Source: the human T2T-CHM13v2.0 reference genome, Homo sapiens. Taken from it: 64,000 nt of DNA. The notes under the pieces were generated by a model. The model was not told where the DNA came from, made no database searches, and saw only the letters and a list, made by a program, of their open reading frames with translations. The position numbers and the translations under genes were made by a program. Where the stretch lies: NCBI GenBank assembly GCA_009914755.4, contig CP068257.2, positions 30,816,001 to 30,880,000 on the forward strand, in the 5' to 3' direction. Positions 17,194-32,757 of this stretch are shown here, piece by piece (position 1 is the stretch's first letter; each line of letters opens with the position of its first letter).

Positions 17194-18523
17194 GAGGCGG
17201 GGATTTCATTGCTCTTGTCATTTAAGCAGAGTCGTGGTTCTACCTTCCCAGGCCCCTGCCATCCTCCCCATCTAAACTCCCAGGAGAGTTGGCAACCCAC
17301 TTCTGGAAGGCTGCCCACACCTTCTCTAATCTGAGACCAATTGAGAACTCTAACCCAGCTCTAAAACAAATTCTAGTCTTCTAAGAAAAGTAGCAATGAT
17401 GTTAGTAGTTTCCTAATTTTTTATAATCCAGAAATGTCACTCTTATGTGGCAGTGAATTCGCACATTCCCAAGGAACCAAGTGACTCAACATAACACAAC
17501 AGTCACCCCCAGGATGTAATGTGACACGCACAGGCCCCTCCGTTCCAGGAGATGGTTTGCCCATAATCTGGGGACGAAATCGCTGGAGGCCTTGCATGTG
17601 GGTGTTGCGTTACTGTGGGAGGGTTTTGTTGGCATCAAGGCTACCTTTAATGAATGGGCTTTAATAAATCAAAGAGATGTGGCTAATAAATGCGTTTCAT
17701 GACATGCCTTAAACAAAACAAAACAAAAAAAAAACCTCTTGTAACTTTTAAATATTTTGATTTATAAAAAAAGAAAAAAAAAAGACTTCCATTTAAAAAG
17801 TTTCCAATTTGTGGAGATAAAGCTTGTTTTTGTCCTGCCTTCTCCCATCCTCTTTCTGTGCCAGCTCTGCCATGGGAAGGCATTCTTAACATTTTTCTGA
17901 GTTCTTATGGTTGGAAGGGGACTTTGGCTCTTTTGGTGTTTCTATCCAAGCCCTCTTTTCTGCATCAAAGGCCATCGTTCACTCTGGGCCTTTGAAGTCA
18001 GGCAAAATTTTGTTGTTGGTGGGATTTAGCATCTACTCATAAACTGCATATAAATGCCAGTGCGGATATGACTCACCAAAAAGAATCGAACCTTCTGACG
18101 TTCGGGTCAGACTTAGCAGTCTTTTATCTAGAGAAAGAAAACAAAACTTGCCTTGGCTCTAAGTTTAAGCTGTTGAATTAAGATTCCAGTGAGTGGGTAA
18201 AGGGCCTTCGAGACATTTGCTTAGTCACCATTTTCATTTTTCTTCCTCGTGGAGGTTCTTCCTGCGTGTTAAACTACCAGGGCAGGATAGGGATTTTGTG
18301 AGCATCTGTAGGCTGGCTTCTGCTCCCAGCCTTTCATTCATCTTGAATGTTCCCGTCCTCATGGATGAAAGGATAGCAACAAAGTTTGCCAGCAGCAGAG
18401 CTGGTGGTCCTCTTGAGATTCTGTAGTTTTCCTTCTTGTGGTCCAAAATTTTGTCTCACTGTTGTTTCTCTGCTTTTGGTACAAAGTCATGGAAATTTAC
18501 AAGGTACAGAAAGATGGCATTTA

Positions 18524-18818
<295 letters not shown>

Positions 18819-19572
18819 GGTGACATTTATATTTGGAAATTATTGTCTTTCATTTTTTAAGTTTGGAGCTTAGCATCACTGACACCAGGATAAGAAGATC
18901 CAGCCAGGTGCCATGGCCCTAATGTGTACAGCTCATGCCTTTCTGCAGGGATTAAGGTGGGCGTTTTCAAATTGTGATTGCAGCCCATGGTAGGAAAAGA
19001 TTTTCACTTTTTGGCCCAGTGGAACACATACTCATATACACACAACTGAAAAAGAAATGTTTAAATTACAAAACAGTGTTTATACTTTCTTCATGTGATG
19101 CCCTTTGTTGTTTTCTAAACTACTCTATGCTTTATTTTCAAAAATTGCTGGTTACAACTCACTAATGATTTCAAGACTCATGAATGAACCTCAAATCACA
19201 ATTTGGAAAACTCTGGCTTGAGGTGTGTTTGGGACCTGGAATCAGCCTGCACTTCCAATCCAGGAAAGAAAAGTGGAAGAACATGAGCACGTGAGAGGAG
19301 TGAGAGGCTGGGGTGGAAGAGGTTCTCTCTGGACAGTCTTCCCACCCACCCCAGGCCAGCCCATGACAGCCCAAGCAGTTCTTGCCATTTAACTCTTGTT
19401 TGCAGTTAACGCCAATGCTTGTTTGGCTGAAAAATGCACCTGTCCGCTATGTGGTTGCCATTTCAAAGTAGAAAACTCCAGAACAGTGGTGATAGGGTAG
19501 AGCTAGCATTTTTAAAAGAATTTTCTTTACAAAATGTTGGCAAGGATAAGAACCACATATGCAAATAAATGA

Positions 19573-19785
<213 letters not shown>

Positions 19786-19794
19786 TAGCTACCA

Positions 19795-20105
19795 TTATTT
19801 AAAGATATCTTTATTAAGATATCATTTACATAGCATAAAATTCACATTTTCCAAGTGTACAATCCCATGATTTTCAGTGAATTTACTGAGTAGTGCAACC
19901 GTGACCACAGTCCAGCATGGGACATTCCCACCATCTCAGAAGTCTTCCTTGTGTCCATTTCTGTCACTCTGTGACCTCACCTTCAGCCTCAGGCACCCAC
20001 TCATCTACATTCTGCCTCTAAAGGTTTGCCTCCTCTGAATCCTTCATATAAGTGGAATCATACCTACGCAGTCTTTTGTGTCTGCAGTGTTAGCTCTTAC
20101 TGCTT
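19795..20105 (-). mobile_element. L1 3' end fragment (older family), antisense
   Basis: Antisense L1 3' UTR/ORF2-end motifs (ttgtgcaacc..gtgaccacagtcc, catataagtggaatcatac). Confidence 0.55.
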
Positions 20106-20122
20106 TAAAAAATCAAATCATT

Positions 20123-20449
<327 letters not shown>

Positions 20450-20805
20450 TTAAATGGTTTTGGAGTACATTCTTTAAAAAAAAAAATAAACTGTGTTTTC
20501 TTCAACAGTGCACGCATAATGCCAACTTTGTACGACATTGCAAAGAAAGATTTTACTATGATAAGCAGATTAAACAAACAAACAAACTTTTCCCTGAATT
20601 CTTTGGGAACAAAGCACTACCTGGTCCAAAACATCCTAACCTAGAATGCACCATCAGCTTGACAGTCAGTTGTTCCTGGATTTACCAGATTTGGGGCAGA
20701 CTTTTCATGCTTCTCTAAAGAGGGATTCTTAACTGACACTGTGCCTTGTTTTTGCCCCTTTCCTAGGAAAGGAAATGATTTGATTTGGTATCATACCATC
20801 TTTCT

Positions 20806-20948
20806 TGCTTTTTTTTTTTTTTAAATTAGAGATGAGGTCTTGCTATGTTTCCCAGGCTGGTCTCCAACTTCTGGGCTCAAGCGAACCTCCTGTCTCAGCC
20901 TCCCACCCAAAATGCTGGGATTACGGGTGTGAGCCACTGTGCCCGGCC
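20806..20948 (-). mobile_element. Alu fragment, single monomer, antisense
   Basis: gagatgaggtcttgctatgtttcccaggctggtct ... gctgggattacgggtgtgagccactgtgcccggcc. Confidence 0.7.
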
Positions 20949-20977
20949 TCTTTCTTGTCTTTTAAACAAATAAATGT

Positions 20978-21140
20978 AAGCCAGACATGGTGTGCATTCA
21001 TATATTCCCAGGTACTTGAGAAACTGAGGCAAGAGGATTGCTTGAGCCTAGGTTTGAGCCCAAGAGTTCGAGGCTGCAGTGAGCTATGATTGCACCACTG
21101 CACTCTAGCCTGGGTAACAGAGTGAAACCCTGTCTCTAAA
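20978..21140 (+). mobile_element. Alu right-arm fragment (FRAM/AluJ-like)
   Basis: ggcaagaggattgcttgagcc ... gctgcagtgagctatgattgcaccactgcactctagcctgggtaacagagtgaaaccctgtctc. Confidence 0.7.
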
Positions 21141-21679
21141 GAACTAAACTAAACTAAAATAACAAATAATACCTACATGCATGGGGATGCCAGTTGAGGG
21201 GCTGGAGGTGAGGTTTAACTGGGCTCTCTCCAGAGAGAGAAAGAAGCTTAATGCTTCTTTCAAGTAATTTCTGGTCTGTCTTTACCTATGTGGATCTCAA
21301 GCCAACATTTGAGAAAAGGCCCCCTTCAGTGAAGGAATGTGTGACCTTAAGTGGTGAGTGAGAGAAACTTCCTTTCTAGCCAGGTCCTTCCTGGGACCTA
21401 ACTCCATGCATCTGCTTCCTTAACGCCAGCACCTCTCCTCCATTTGCCCCTTAGTTTAATTCCCAGGGTCTTTGCGCTTGTCAACAGGTTACTTCCCACC
21501 CGCTTCCTGCAGAGGGCTTTGTTTTCTGGGGTCAGAGACAGCATGAGCCCACAGGGCCATCCCCACTGCCCCCTTCTCAGGGTGCAGCCCCGGGGAAATG
21601 AGCAATGGGACTTGGACAGAGCTCACCAATTCCTTCTGGGGGAAGCTGATGGTGCCTTCAATTTTTGTTTTTGCTTCAG

Positions 21680-21832
21680 ATGAATTAAAAAACAAAACCG
21701 TGTGTGAAGACCAGGAGCTGAAACTGCACTGCCATGAATCCAAGTTCCTCAACATCTACTCTGCGACCTACGGCAGGAGGACCCAGGAAAGGGACATCTG
21801 CTCCTCCAAGGCAGAGCGGCTCCCCCCTTTCG
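21680..21832 (+). CDS. EVA1C: Coding exon (N)ELKNKTVCEDQELKLHCHESKFLNIYSATYGRRTQERDICSSKAERLPPF(D), the N-part of the second SUEL/Gal-lectin domain. Presumed EVA1C exon 4
   Basis: Acceptor ttgcttcag| at 21677-21679 and donor ttcg|gtatgt at 21833. Frame is continuous from 11704 and into 49327. The YGR..C lectin motif is present. Confidence 0.75.
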
Positions 21833-21848
21833 GTATGTGCTTTTGTGT

Positions 21849-22875
<1,027 letters not shown>

Positions 22876-23526
22876 TAGGGTTATACACAGGGCGCCGTCT
22901 GAGTGGATTAGGGCCCTGGCTCCCCAAGAAAGGAAGCTATGCCAGCGGGCAGTGCCTGGATTAAAGGGAAAGTCAAGGGCAGGGAGGAACCGCCACACCA
23001 TGCACAGGCTCTTTCTCCTCCACATTCCTGAATCCCTCAGTTGTTCCGTCATTCCACACTGAGTAGTTATTGAGCACCTGCTGTATGCTGGGCCCTGTTC
23101 TAAGCATGGGGGAGTCATCAATGGCACAACACAAAGTCTACACCCTCGTGGAGCTGACGTTCCAGCAGTGGATGGGGAAGTGGTGAGAAATCAGATAATG
23201 AATGGGTGCATATGTCATATGTCAGGTGCAGATGGGATAAGTGCTAAGGAGAAAAATCCATGGGGAAGGGCAGGTGGAGAAGGCCAGGGGTTCCTGCAAA
23301 GAGGTGCAATTTTAGGGAGTGATGGGCATGCTGGGCTTGGAGGAGGTGAGAAAGTGAGCCTGCAGCCAGTTGGGGACAAGTGTCCAGGTAGAGAGAAGAG
23401 TGGACGCAACGCCCTGAGGCTGGACTGTAGCTGGGTATTCAGTGCTAAGAAGGGCTCTGCAAGTCATTCTTCTTAGAGGTGATGGCCATGGTAGGACTAA
23501 GAGCTTCACTCATCAAGCCCTCCTAT

Positions 23527-23971
23527 ATGATTCAGAGAAACAGAACCGATAGGATACGCAGGTGCTTGTATCTATGGAGAGATTTTAAAGAATTAGTTCA
23601 CAGGGTGGTAGGGGCTGGCAAGTCTGAAACCTGTAAGGCAGGCCGGCAGGCTGGAGACCCAGGAAAGAGTTGAGGCTGCAGTTTTACATCTGAATTCTGC
23701 AGGACAGCAGGCTGGAAACTCACGCAGAACTTCTGTGTTGCAGCCTTGAGGAAGATTCCTTTTTAGGGAAACCTCGGTCTTCGCTTCTAAGGCCTTCATC
23801 TGATGAGATGAGGCCCATCCACGTGGTGGAGTTCATCTGCTTGACTCAAAGTCTACTGCTTTCAACATCAGTCACATCTTAACACTTTCACAGCAACATC
23901 TGGGCTGGTGTTTGGCCAGACAACTGGGAGCAATAGCCTAGTCAAATTGACATGTGAAATTAACCATCACA
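23527..23971 (+). mobile_element. MaLR LTR, MLT1-like, 5'-truncated
   Basis: cagagaaacagaaccgatagg ... ggctggagacccaggaaagagttgaggctgcag ... gagatgaggcccatccacgtggtggag ... aaattaaccatcacac. Confidence 0.65.
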
Positions 23972-24716
23972 CTCCAATCTGTGCTGGTGAAAAAGCTTGA
24001 TCTCTCTCTGCTGTATTACCAGAGAGAACAGACCCAGCTGTGAAACAGCCCAAGGACCTGCGCTTATTGATCAAAATCTAAAATGAGCTCCTTAATATGT
24101 TAAATTGCTACAATGTATGTGTGGATCGCAGGTGAAATTCAACATTAATTTAAAAAAGAAATGCATGCCTAAGTAATACCTTGGACCTGAAAAAAAGAAA
24201 ATGAACAAAAAGTGAGCTAAGCGCACTTTAACTCAGGTGAGTCTCAAGAGAAAACAAAAAAAGCCATTTGGAACACGTGCCTCCCAAATGCGAAGCCCCG
24301 TATTCCGGGAAGGCCCTTGTGTCGAGAATGGTGGAGGGTCTGTTGGAGGGCAGCCCAGGCAGACTGCAAAAGCAGGCTGGTGTGGGCATACACTGCCCTT
24401 AACTCGATCTGGGCATGAGCATTCCTGTCCTGACAGGCTCAGCAGCCAAATGGGGCAGAGAGGCACGTGTGAGGTGGGTCCCCATTGTCCATTAATGACA
24501 CTACCCACTGTCCTGGTCCAGTAAGTTGACTTGTGAGCTCCTGAACCCCATCTTCCCTCTCTGATAACACCTGCGTGTGTTCATTTCTCTCTCTTAAATG
24601 TCTCCACTCCCTCCTCCTTTCTCCCTGCTACTGCCTTAGGGAAAGGGACCATTGCTGGGCCACTGTAGCCATCTCCTTACTCCCAGGCTTGCCTTTCTCC
24701 CCACAGTGGCCTCAGC

Positions 24717-24757
24717 TATCTTTCTTTCTTTCTTTTTCTTTTTCTTTCTTTTTTTTT
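24717..24757 (+). repeat. (CTTT)n simple repeat; expanded tail of the adjacent antisense Alu
   Basis: ctttctttctttttctttttctttctttttttttttt directly 5' of the antisense Alu. Confidence 0.8.
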
Positions 24758-25042
<285 letters not shown>

Positions 25043-25207
25043 CAGGTAGCTTTCTTAAAGGCAAATCTGTCACTACCCTTCCTAACACCCTGCAGGGGCT
25101 CCCTGTATTATATGGTTCCTTAGCTGGATGAGGGACCCTTGGTGTTTTAACTTCTTCCTGCAAAAAGGGGCTTCACTTTTTTTTTCTTTAATTCTTAACC
25201 TTTATAA

Positions 25208-25908
<701 letters not shown>

Positions 25909-26132
25909 CCTCCATTTCTTAATATTGCAGAGAAGCACCTCATTTCCCAGGCTTACTAGTCTAACTTAGCCACATGTGTTTTAAGAAGCAGCAGTAAGTA
26001 ACATCCCTGTCAGTTGTTCTTTTCAGCAGAATTCAGTTGGCCAAGCAGGTAAATCTGTAAGCCGAATGGTTTGTGTTCACTTGGTCACTGCCTTTCATTC
26101 CTAGGAATGGTAGATGAAAGTTGGATTTAATT

Positions 26133-26440
26133 AATTAATTTATTTATTTATTTATTTTTGAGACAGACTCTCGCTCTGTCGCCCACGCTGGAGTGCAATG
26201 GTGTGATCTCCGTTTACTGTAACCTCCACCTCCCGGGTTCAGGTGATTCTACTGCCTCAACCTCCTGAGTAGCTGGGACTACAGGCATGTGCCACCACAC
26301 CCAGCTAATTTTTGTATTTTTAGTAGAGATGGGGTTTTACCATGTTGGCCAGGCTGGTCTCGAACTCTTGACCTCAAGTGATCCACCCGCCTTGGCCTCC
26401 CCAAAGTGCTGGGATTACAGGTGTGAGCCACTGCGCCCGG
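26133..26440 (-). mobile_element. Alu SINE with (ATTT)n tail and TSD aagttggatttaa
   Basis: Antisense Alu; 13 bp direct repeats on both flanks. Confidence 0.9.
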
Positions 26441-26456
26441 CTGAGAGTTGGATTTA

Positions 26457-26716
<260 letters not shown>

Positions 26717-27959
26717 TCAGCCAGCAGTGTTAACGCCCTCAGAAACCCTGATGTAGAAAGGACTGTGAAGAAAAGTCTGTGACTCTGCTCTGTGCCCCTT
26801 GCTTGGCTGTTCAAGGTAAAAAGCTCCAGCTCACAGAGTGAAAGCCTGCTCGCCCTTCTCCCTCACAATCAAGCACTTGCGTCCATTGCCCTTGGTGTAC
26901 GTGCAAGGGTGAGGACCAGACTCTTCTCTGCATTTGTGGCCATAGCCAAAATGCCAGAGCCCTTCTTGCCCTGTGCTCTGCAGCACAAAGAAGCTCAAAG
27001 ACAAAAATCAAAGGGCCCTGAGGGTGCCCTGTTCATCAGGTCCTCAGCCTCACATGGAAGGCTCAGCTCTGACCTCACCATTCAGGTCAGTGCTAAGGGC
27101 AGAACCACGCATGCGTGTGGAAATACAAACCTTTGGCTCTCTGAGCTGGTGCATTTTCTCCATCTAATTGAATGCTATGAAATCATTTGCTTCTTGGCCC
27201 AGGAGCCAATAACACCTGCGTGTGTTCCAACAACACCTGTGTGTGTTCAGTTGGATGCTGTGCTCTTCTCTCTCTTAAATGTCTCCACCTTCTCCTCCCT
27301 TCTCCCTGCTACTGCCTTAGGGAAAGGGACCATTGTCGGGCCACTGTAGCTGTACATGAAGGCTTTAAACTGCACTCGGCCTGTTCTCCCCAGAGAATCA
27401 TCAGTTTACCCCTCGTGTCCAAACATGCTTTAATATCATCCACCTGAAAAAGCACACTGTTTTGACCTCCCGTCTCCTACCCGCTATCCGTCCCTCCCTT
27501 CAGTCCCATGGGCAGAGCATTTGCCGTCTGCAGAGAATTTGCAGACAGTCCCAGGGCGGTCCCATGGTGGCACCTCTCTAATCTGTCCACTTTGCTCCCA
27601 GCCTCCTCCGGGCATCTCTCCCCTGGACATCGAAGCTGCCTCCCCTCTTCGCTTAGCAGCCAGAGGGATTGTATTTATTTATTTCAAAAAAATTGTTGGA
27701 GACAGGGTCTCGCTCTGTCATCCAGGCTGGAATGCAGTGATGCACCAAGTGCAGCCTTCATGTATGGTCTATCTGAGCCAAGGAGAAAATGCCCTTAGCA
27801 CTGTCCTGAACGGTGAGGTCAGAGCTGAACCTTCCATGTGAGGCTGAGGGCCAGATGAACAGGGCATCCTCAGGACCCTTTGATTTTTGTCTTTCAGCCT
27901 TTTTGTGCCACGGAGCACAGGACAAGAAGGGCTCTGGCATTTTGGCTGTGGCCGTGAAT

Positions 27960-28197
27960 GCAGTGAAGTATTCATCATAGCTCACTGCAAGCCTCCAACT
28001 CATGGGCTCAAGCAATTCTCTCACCTCAGCCTCCTGAGTAGCTGGGACTACAGGTGCATGCCACCATGCCTGGCATGGTGGAGATGAAGTCTTGCTATTT
28101 TGCCCAGGCTGGTCTTCAACTCCTGGCCTCAAGTGATCCTCCCGCCTCAGCCTCCTAAAGTGCTGGGATTGCAGGCGTGAGCCACTGAGCCCGACCA
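27960..28197 (-). mobile_element. Alu SINE, partial and diverged (AluJ-like)
   Basis: Antisense Alu segments (tagctcactgcaagcctccaactcatgggctcaagcaattctc ... gctgggattgcaggcgtgagccactgagcccgacc). Confidence 0.8.
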
Positions 28198-29324
28198 GGA
28201 TTTTATTTAAATTAAACCAGAGCACACCGCACCTCCGCTTAAAGCCCTCCACTCTGCACACTGTAATTGGAATACATCAGTCTTCAGCTGTGGTCCTGCT
28301 GCACACGCCTCTTCCCTCACTACCTCTGGAGCACTCCACCTTTATTCATACCCCTGGGCCTTTGCACAAGCTGTCCCTTTGACCTGGACTGTGCTCACCC
28401 CATATCTTGTGTGGCTGGCTTTGCCACACAAGACATCGACCCAGATGTCATCTCAGAGAGGTTTCTCCAGGCACCGGCCAGCATGGCACCTCGTCCCTGC
28501 AGTCCCTCTCTGGCGACCCTTTTGTTGGACTTTCTCCACAGCATGGAGATAGACCATGGTATGTGTGTGTGGTTCATCTCCCCAGGAGCTAAGCAGCTCT
28601 GCAGGGACTGGTCTGTGGAATTCCCAGCAACTTAAGCAGTGCCAGGCATAGAGTGGGTGCTCACGTGAATCTTGAGGCACAGGAATGAATCAGAGCCCCT
28701 CTGAAGTGAGGTGCCCACACTCGGCTCCCGAGGATGGATAATCGTCTGGTTACAGACTGGGAATGTAGGCCTGGTGTCACAGCTTCCAACCTCATGGGAT
28801 GCTGGAAATCTGGATTTTCTTTTTTTCTAAGTGAAATGTTCCAACTTCTAAAACATTGTGTGAGCCAAACAAAACATGCCTCCAGGGCGCACCTGGGCCA
28901 CAGGCTGCCAGTGCATGTGTGATCTCTGCTCTGTGCTCCCATTTACTACTGCAGCTCAGCCTCGCTGCTTTCAAGGGGAAAAGGGTCTTTATCCTTAACC
29001 CTAGAAGCTGGCAGGAGTTTGGTGGGATGATTATGTGAGAGCGAGGGGTTGGTTTCACTGCAGACCTCTGTAAGGGAGCTTTGTGGTGAGTCCTGGAACA
29101 TCTGGTTTGAGAGGATGATTTGTGTATTTTTCCTCTTGCCTATAAGTTAAAGTCTGGCAAAACCCCATTTGCTTTAGACTGGATACCCCCTTGGAACACA
29201 CGCGGTGAAACCCAGTGTCCACAGTGTCTCTCCATGGTCAGGGACCACTTTGGATTTTATAGCAGCTTAGTGTGGCTTTAGTGCTGAGATGCTGTAAAAG
29301 AGCATTTCCAGTTCTTCTAAAATA

Positions 29325-29352
29325 TCATCATCATCATCATCATCATCATCAT
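29325..29352. repeat. (TCA)9 trinucleotide microsatellite
   Basis: atcatcatcatcatcatcatcatcatc. Confidence 0.9.
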
Positions 29353-29861
29353 TTTTATTGTTCTGCACAAACACCATCATAATATTTAACAGAAATGAGA
29401 AAAGGATTCAGCCACAAATGTTACTCATCAGCTAAAAAGTTCTTACTTTTTTTTTTTTTTTTTTTGGATTTCTCTCCAAGTCGAGTATGAGCTGAGGACT
29501 GTTTTACGTAATGGCAGTTCTAAGCAGATCCATTTGCAGACTGCCTTATTTTCCTTTGCTTTATATCATGTGTGTTTTTCCACGTGGCCAAAAAAAATCC
29601 TAACAATGCCGAGCACTTCCTAATATCTTGTTAAAAAGACACATCAAATAATTTACGTAACTGTTCCCTGGTGGCCAGATATTTTTCATTTTTTCTGACT
29701 TTCAAGTATTGTAAATAATGTATAATGAGCTTGTGCTTGTAGCTTTCCCTTTCTTCCGGCTGACTTCCAGCTGACTTCCTTGGAATAAATTCCCGGAAGT
29801 TTTATACCAAAAGATGGCATGAGTATGTTTACAGTTCTTCACAGAGTTCTTTCTAAAAACT

Positions 29862-29862
<1 letters not shown>

Positions 29863-29916
<54 letters not shown>
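29863..29916. repeat. (TATC)13 tetranucleotide STR, i.e. (GATA)n on the other strand
   Basis: About 13 perfect tatc units. Confidence 0.9.
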
Positions 29917-29917
<1 letters not shown>

Positions 29918-30339
29918 ATAAACAGGAATGTATAACTGTGGTTTCCCTGCAACGCTGGCAGCTTTATGTATGATTTTTCTGCATGCTTCCAATTTAAGAG
30001 GTATAAAATAGTCCTTCGATGTGGTTTTTATTTTGCCTTTCTTTGACTGTGAATGACCTTGGCCATTTCCTCATATTTTTGTGGTTATTGTATTTGCACT
30101 TGCACACCTTGTCTCTCTAGCTTTTGCCTCTTTTTTTTTTCCTGTTGGGATCTTTATTGATTTATTTTATGAGTTCTTGGCAGAGTAGGGATAGTAACCC
30201 TTGACATGCTTTTTCTGCTGTAATTATCCCCCTATCCTCGGGTTTTTTGTTTTGTTTTGTTTTGTTTTTTGGCAGTTTGGGTTTGTTATGTAGGGCTGGT
30301 TGCCTTTTTGATTCTGTGTATGTCATATATAGGGAAGTT

Positions 30340-30650
<311 letters not shown>

Positions 30651-31671
30651 GTTCAAGAGGAAGAGGGTGGAGAAGTAGGGGCATGTGTGTGATCCCCCCA
30701 AGTTATCGGTGTGACTCCATCCTGCCCCATAAGCACCCCCAGGGCTGCCCGAGGCCTGGCTGCCAGTACTCCCGTATCCTGCACCGCAGTGGGACACACA
30801 CTCCTGAGCATTTCCATAGACTTGAGGGTCCCCCCATCTGCGTCAAGAAAGCCTCCGAGCTCTGGGTGCAGAGGAGGGAGAGCAGTGCTGCAGTGTTCTG
30901 TATATGAAGCCCTAAGCTGGTCCCAACTGAACTGCATCAGGGCAGGCACGGAGGAGGTCAGTGTCGGCCACACACCCCACTCTGCTATTGAACAGAGCTT
31001 CCCAACCGCCCCATCATCAAGCACATAGACAGTTACATCCATATGGAAAGGGGGTAAAGAGAGATGCCACTGAATGCTGGCATCAATGGCCTGGGGACAG
31101 GTGGGGCCTGAGGGGACACATCCCAGCAAGTCTGTGTCCACTCACAGGTGAGCTGGGAAGCTCTGCCCTGAAGACGCACTTGGCTTTAGCACATCAAGAT
31201 GACAGATACCAGGTTTCTCTTCAAGGCCCTTACATTTTCTCTAACATACCCCTCAAGGTCCCCCCAACTCGTGCTCACTGCCTGATCCCAAAGCCACCCC
31301 CACAGTTTGAGGATTTCATTACCCCGGCAACCCACTTCAAATATCAAAATGTGAATTCGTTTTCTAGTAAAATACCTCCAAGTTTAATGGCTTAAAACAA
31401 AATGTTTATTACTGTGGGACAGGAATTCAGGGATAGTGTAGTCTGGCAGTTCTTGCTCAGTCTCACGGGGTTTCAGGAAGTTGCAGCCCGGATGGTGGCT
31501 GGGGCTGCAGTCCCCTGAGGGCTGGACTTGCAAGGGGACTGGCTCATGGGTGGGTGGTTTGGTGCTGATTGTTGGTGGGAAACGTGAGTTTCTCCCCACA
31601 TGAGTCTCTTATGTGTCCTTACAACACGGCAGCTGGCTTCCCCCAGAGAAAGTGATGCAAAAGAACTGGTG

Positions 31672-32236
31672 GAGCCATACGCTCTCACCTCCCCCGTACG
31701 CCCTCACCTCCCCCGTACGCCCTCCCCTCCCCTCCCCCGTACGCCCTCACCTCCCCCGTACGCCCTCCCCTCCCCCGTACGCCCTCACCTCCCCCGTACG
31801 CCCTCCCCTCCCCTCCCCCGTACGCCCTCACCTCCCCCGTACGCCCTCCCCTCCCCCGTACGCCCTCACCTCCCCCGTACGCCCTCCCCTCCCCTCCCCC
31901 GTACGCCCTCCCCTCCCCCGTACGCCCTCCCCTCCCCCGTACGCCCTCACCTCCCCCGTACGCCCTCCCCTCCCCTCCCCCGTACGCCCTCCCCTCCCCC
32001 GTACGCCCTCACCTCCCCCGTACGCCCTCCCCTCCCCTCCCCCGTACGCCCTCCCCTCCCCCGTACGCCCTCACCTCCCCCGTACGCCCTCCCCTCCCCT
32101 CCCCCGTACGCCCTCCCCTCCCCCGTACGCCCTCACCTCCGCCATACGCTCTCACCTCCCCCATACGCTCTCACTCACCCTCACCTCTGCCATACGCTGT
32201 CCCCTCCGCCATATGCTGTCACCGCCACCATACATT
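31672..32236. repeat. GC-rich minisatellite: about 22 perfect 19 or 24 bp units (CCCCCGTACGCCCTC[A/C]CCT, with or without an extra CCCCT), plus degenerate units at both ends
   Basis: Direct reading: unit types A (..CACCT), B (..CCCCTCCCCT) and C (..CCCCT) occur in the order ABAC ABAC ABCC ABC ABC ABC A. Terminal units are decayed at CpG (CCATACGC, CCATATGC). Confidence 0.95.
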
Positions 32237-32383
32237 ATTGGTCCCCCACACAAGCTCTGGTTCACGGTGGGAGGAGGCTGCACAAACGCACGAATTCCAA
32301 GAGATGAGCCTCACTGGAGACCCTCTTGAAGGCTGTTATGAGCTAACTTATGTCCTCCCCAAATTCATATACTGAAGTCCTAA

Positions 32384-32757
<374 letters not shown>

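Noticed and set aside
30653-31395. 162 aa (-) and 144 aa (+) ORFs in unique GC-moderate sequence
   Set aside because: No similarity to any protein family I recognise and no splice-site support. The opposite-strand overlap is typical of chance ORFs in GC-rich intron.
31672-32236. A CRISPR-like regular array
   Set aside because: The units are directly adjacent with no unique spacers. The host sequence is unmistakably human (Alu, L1, spliced exons). This is a minisatellite.
31600-32329. Two overlapping 235-238 aa Pro/Ser/Thr-rich ORFs (PRTPSPPLPRTPSPPPYALPSPVRPHL..)
   Set aside because: They are pure translation of the 19/24 bp minisatellite, with the same periodicity as the DNA repeat and no start context. 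This is a repeat artefact, not a gene.
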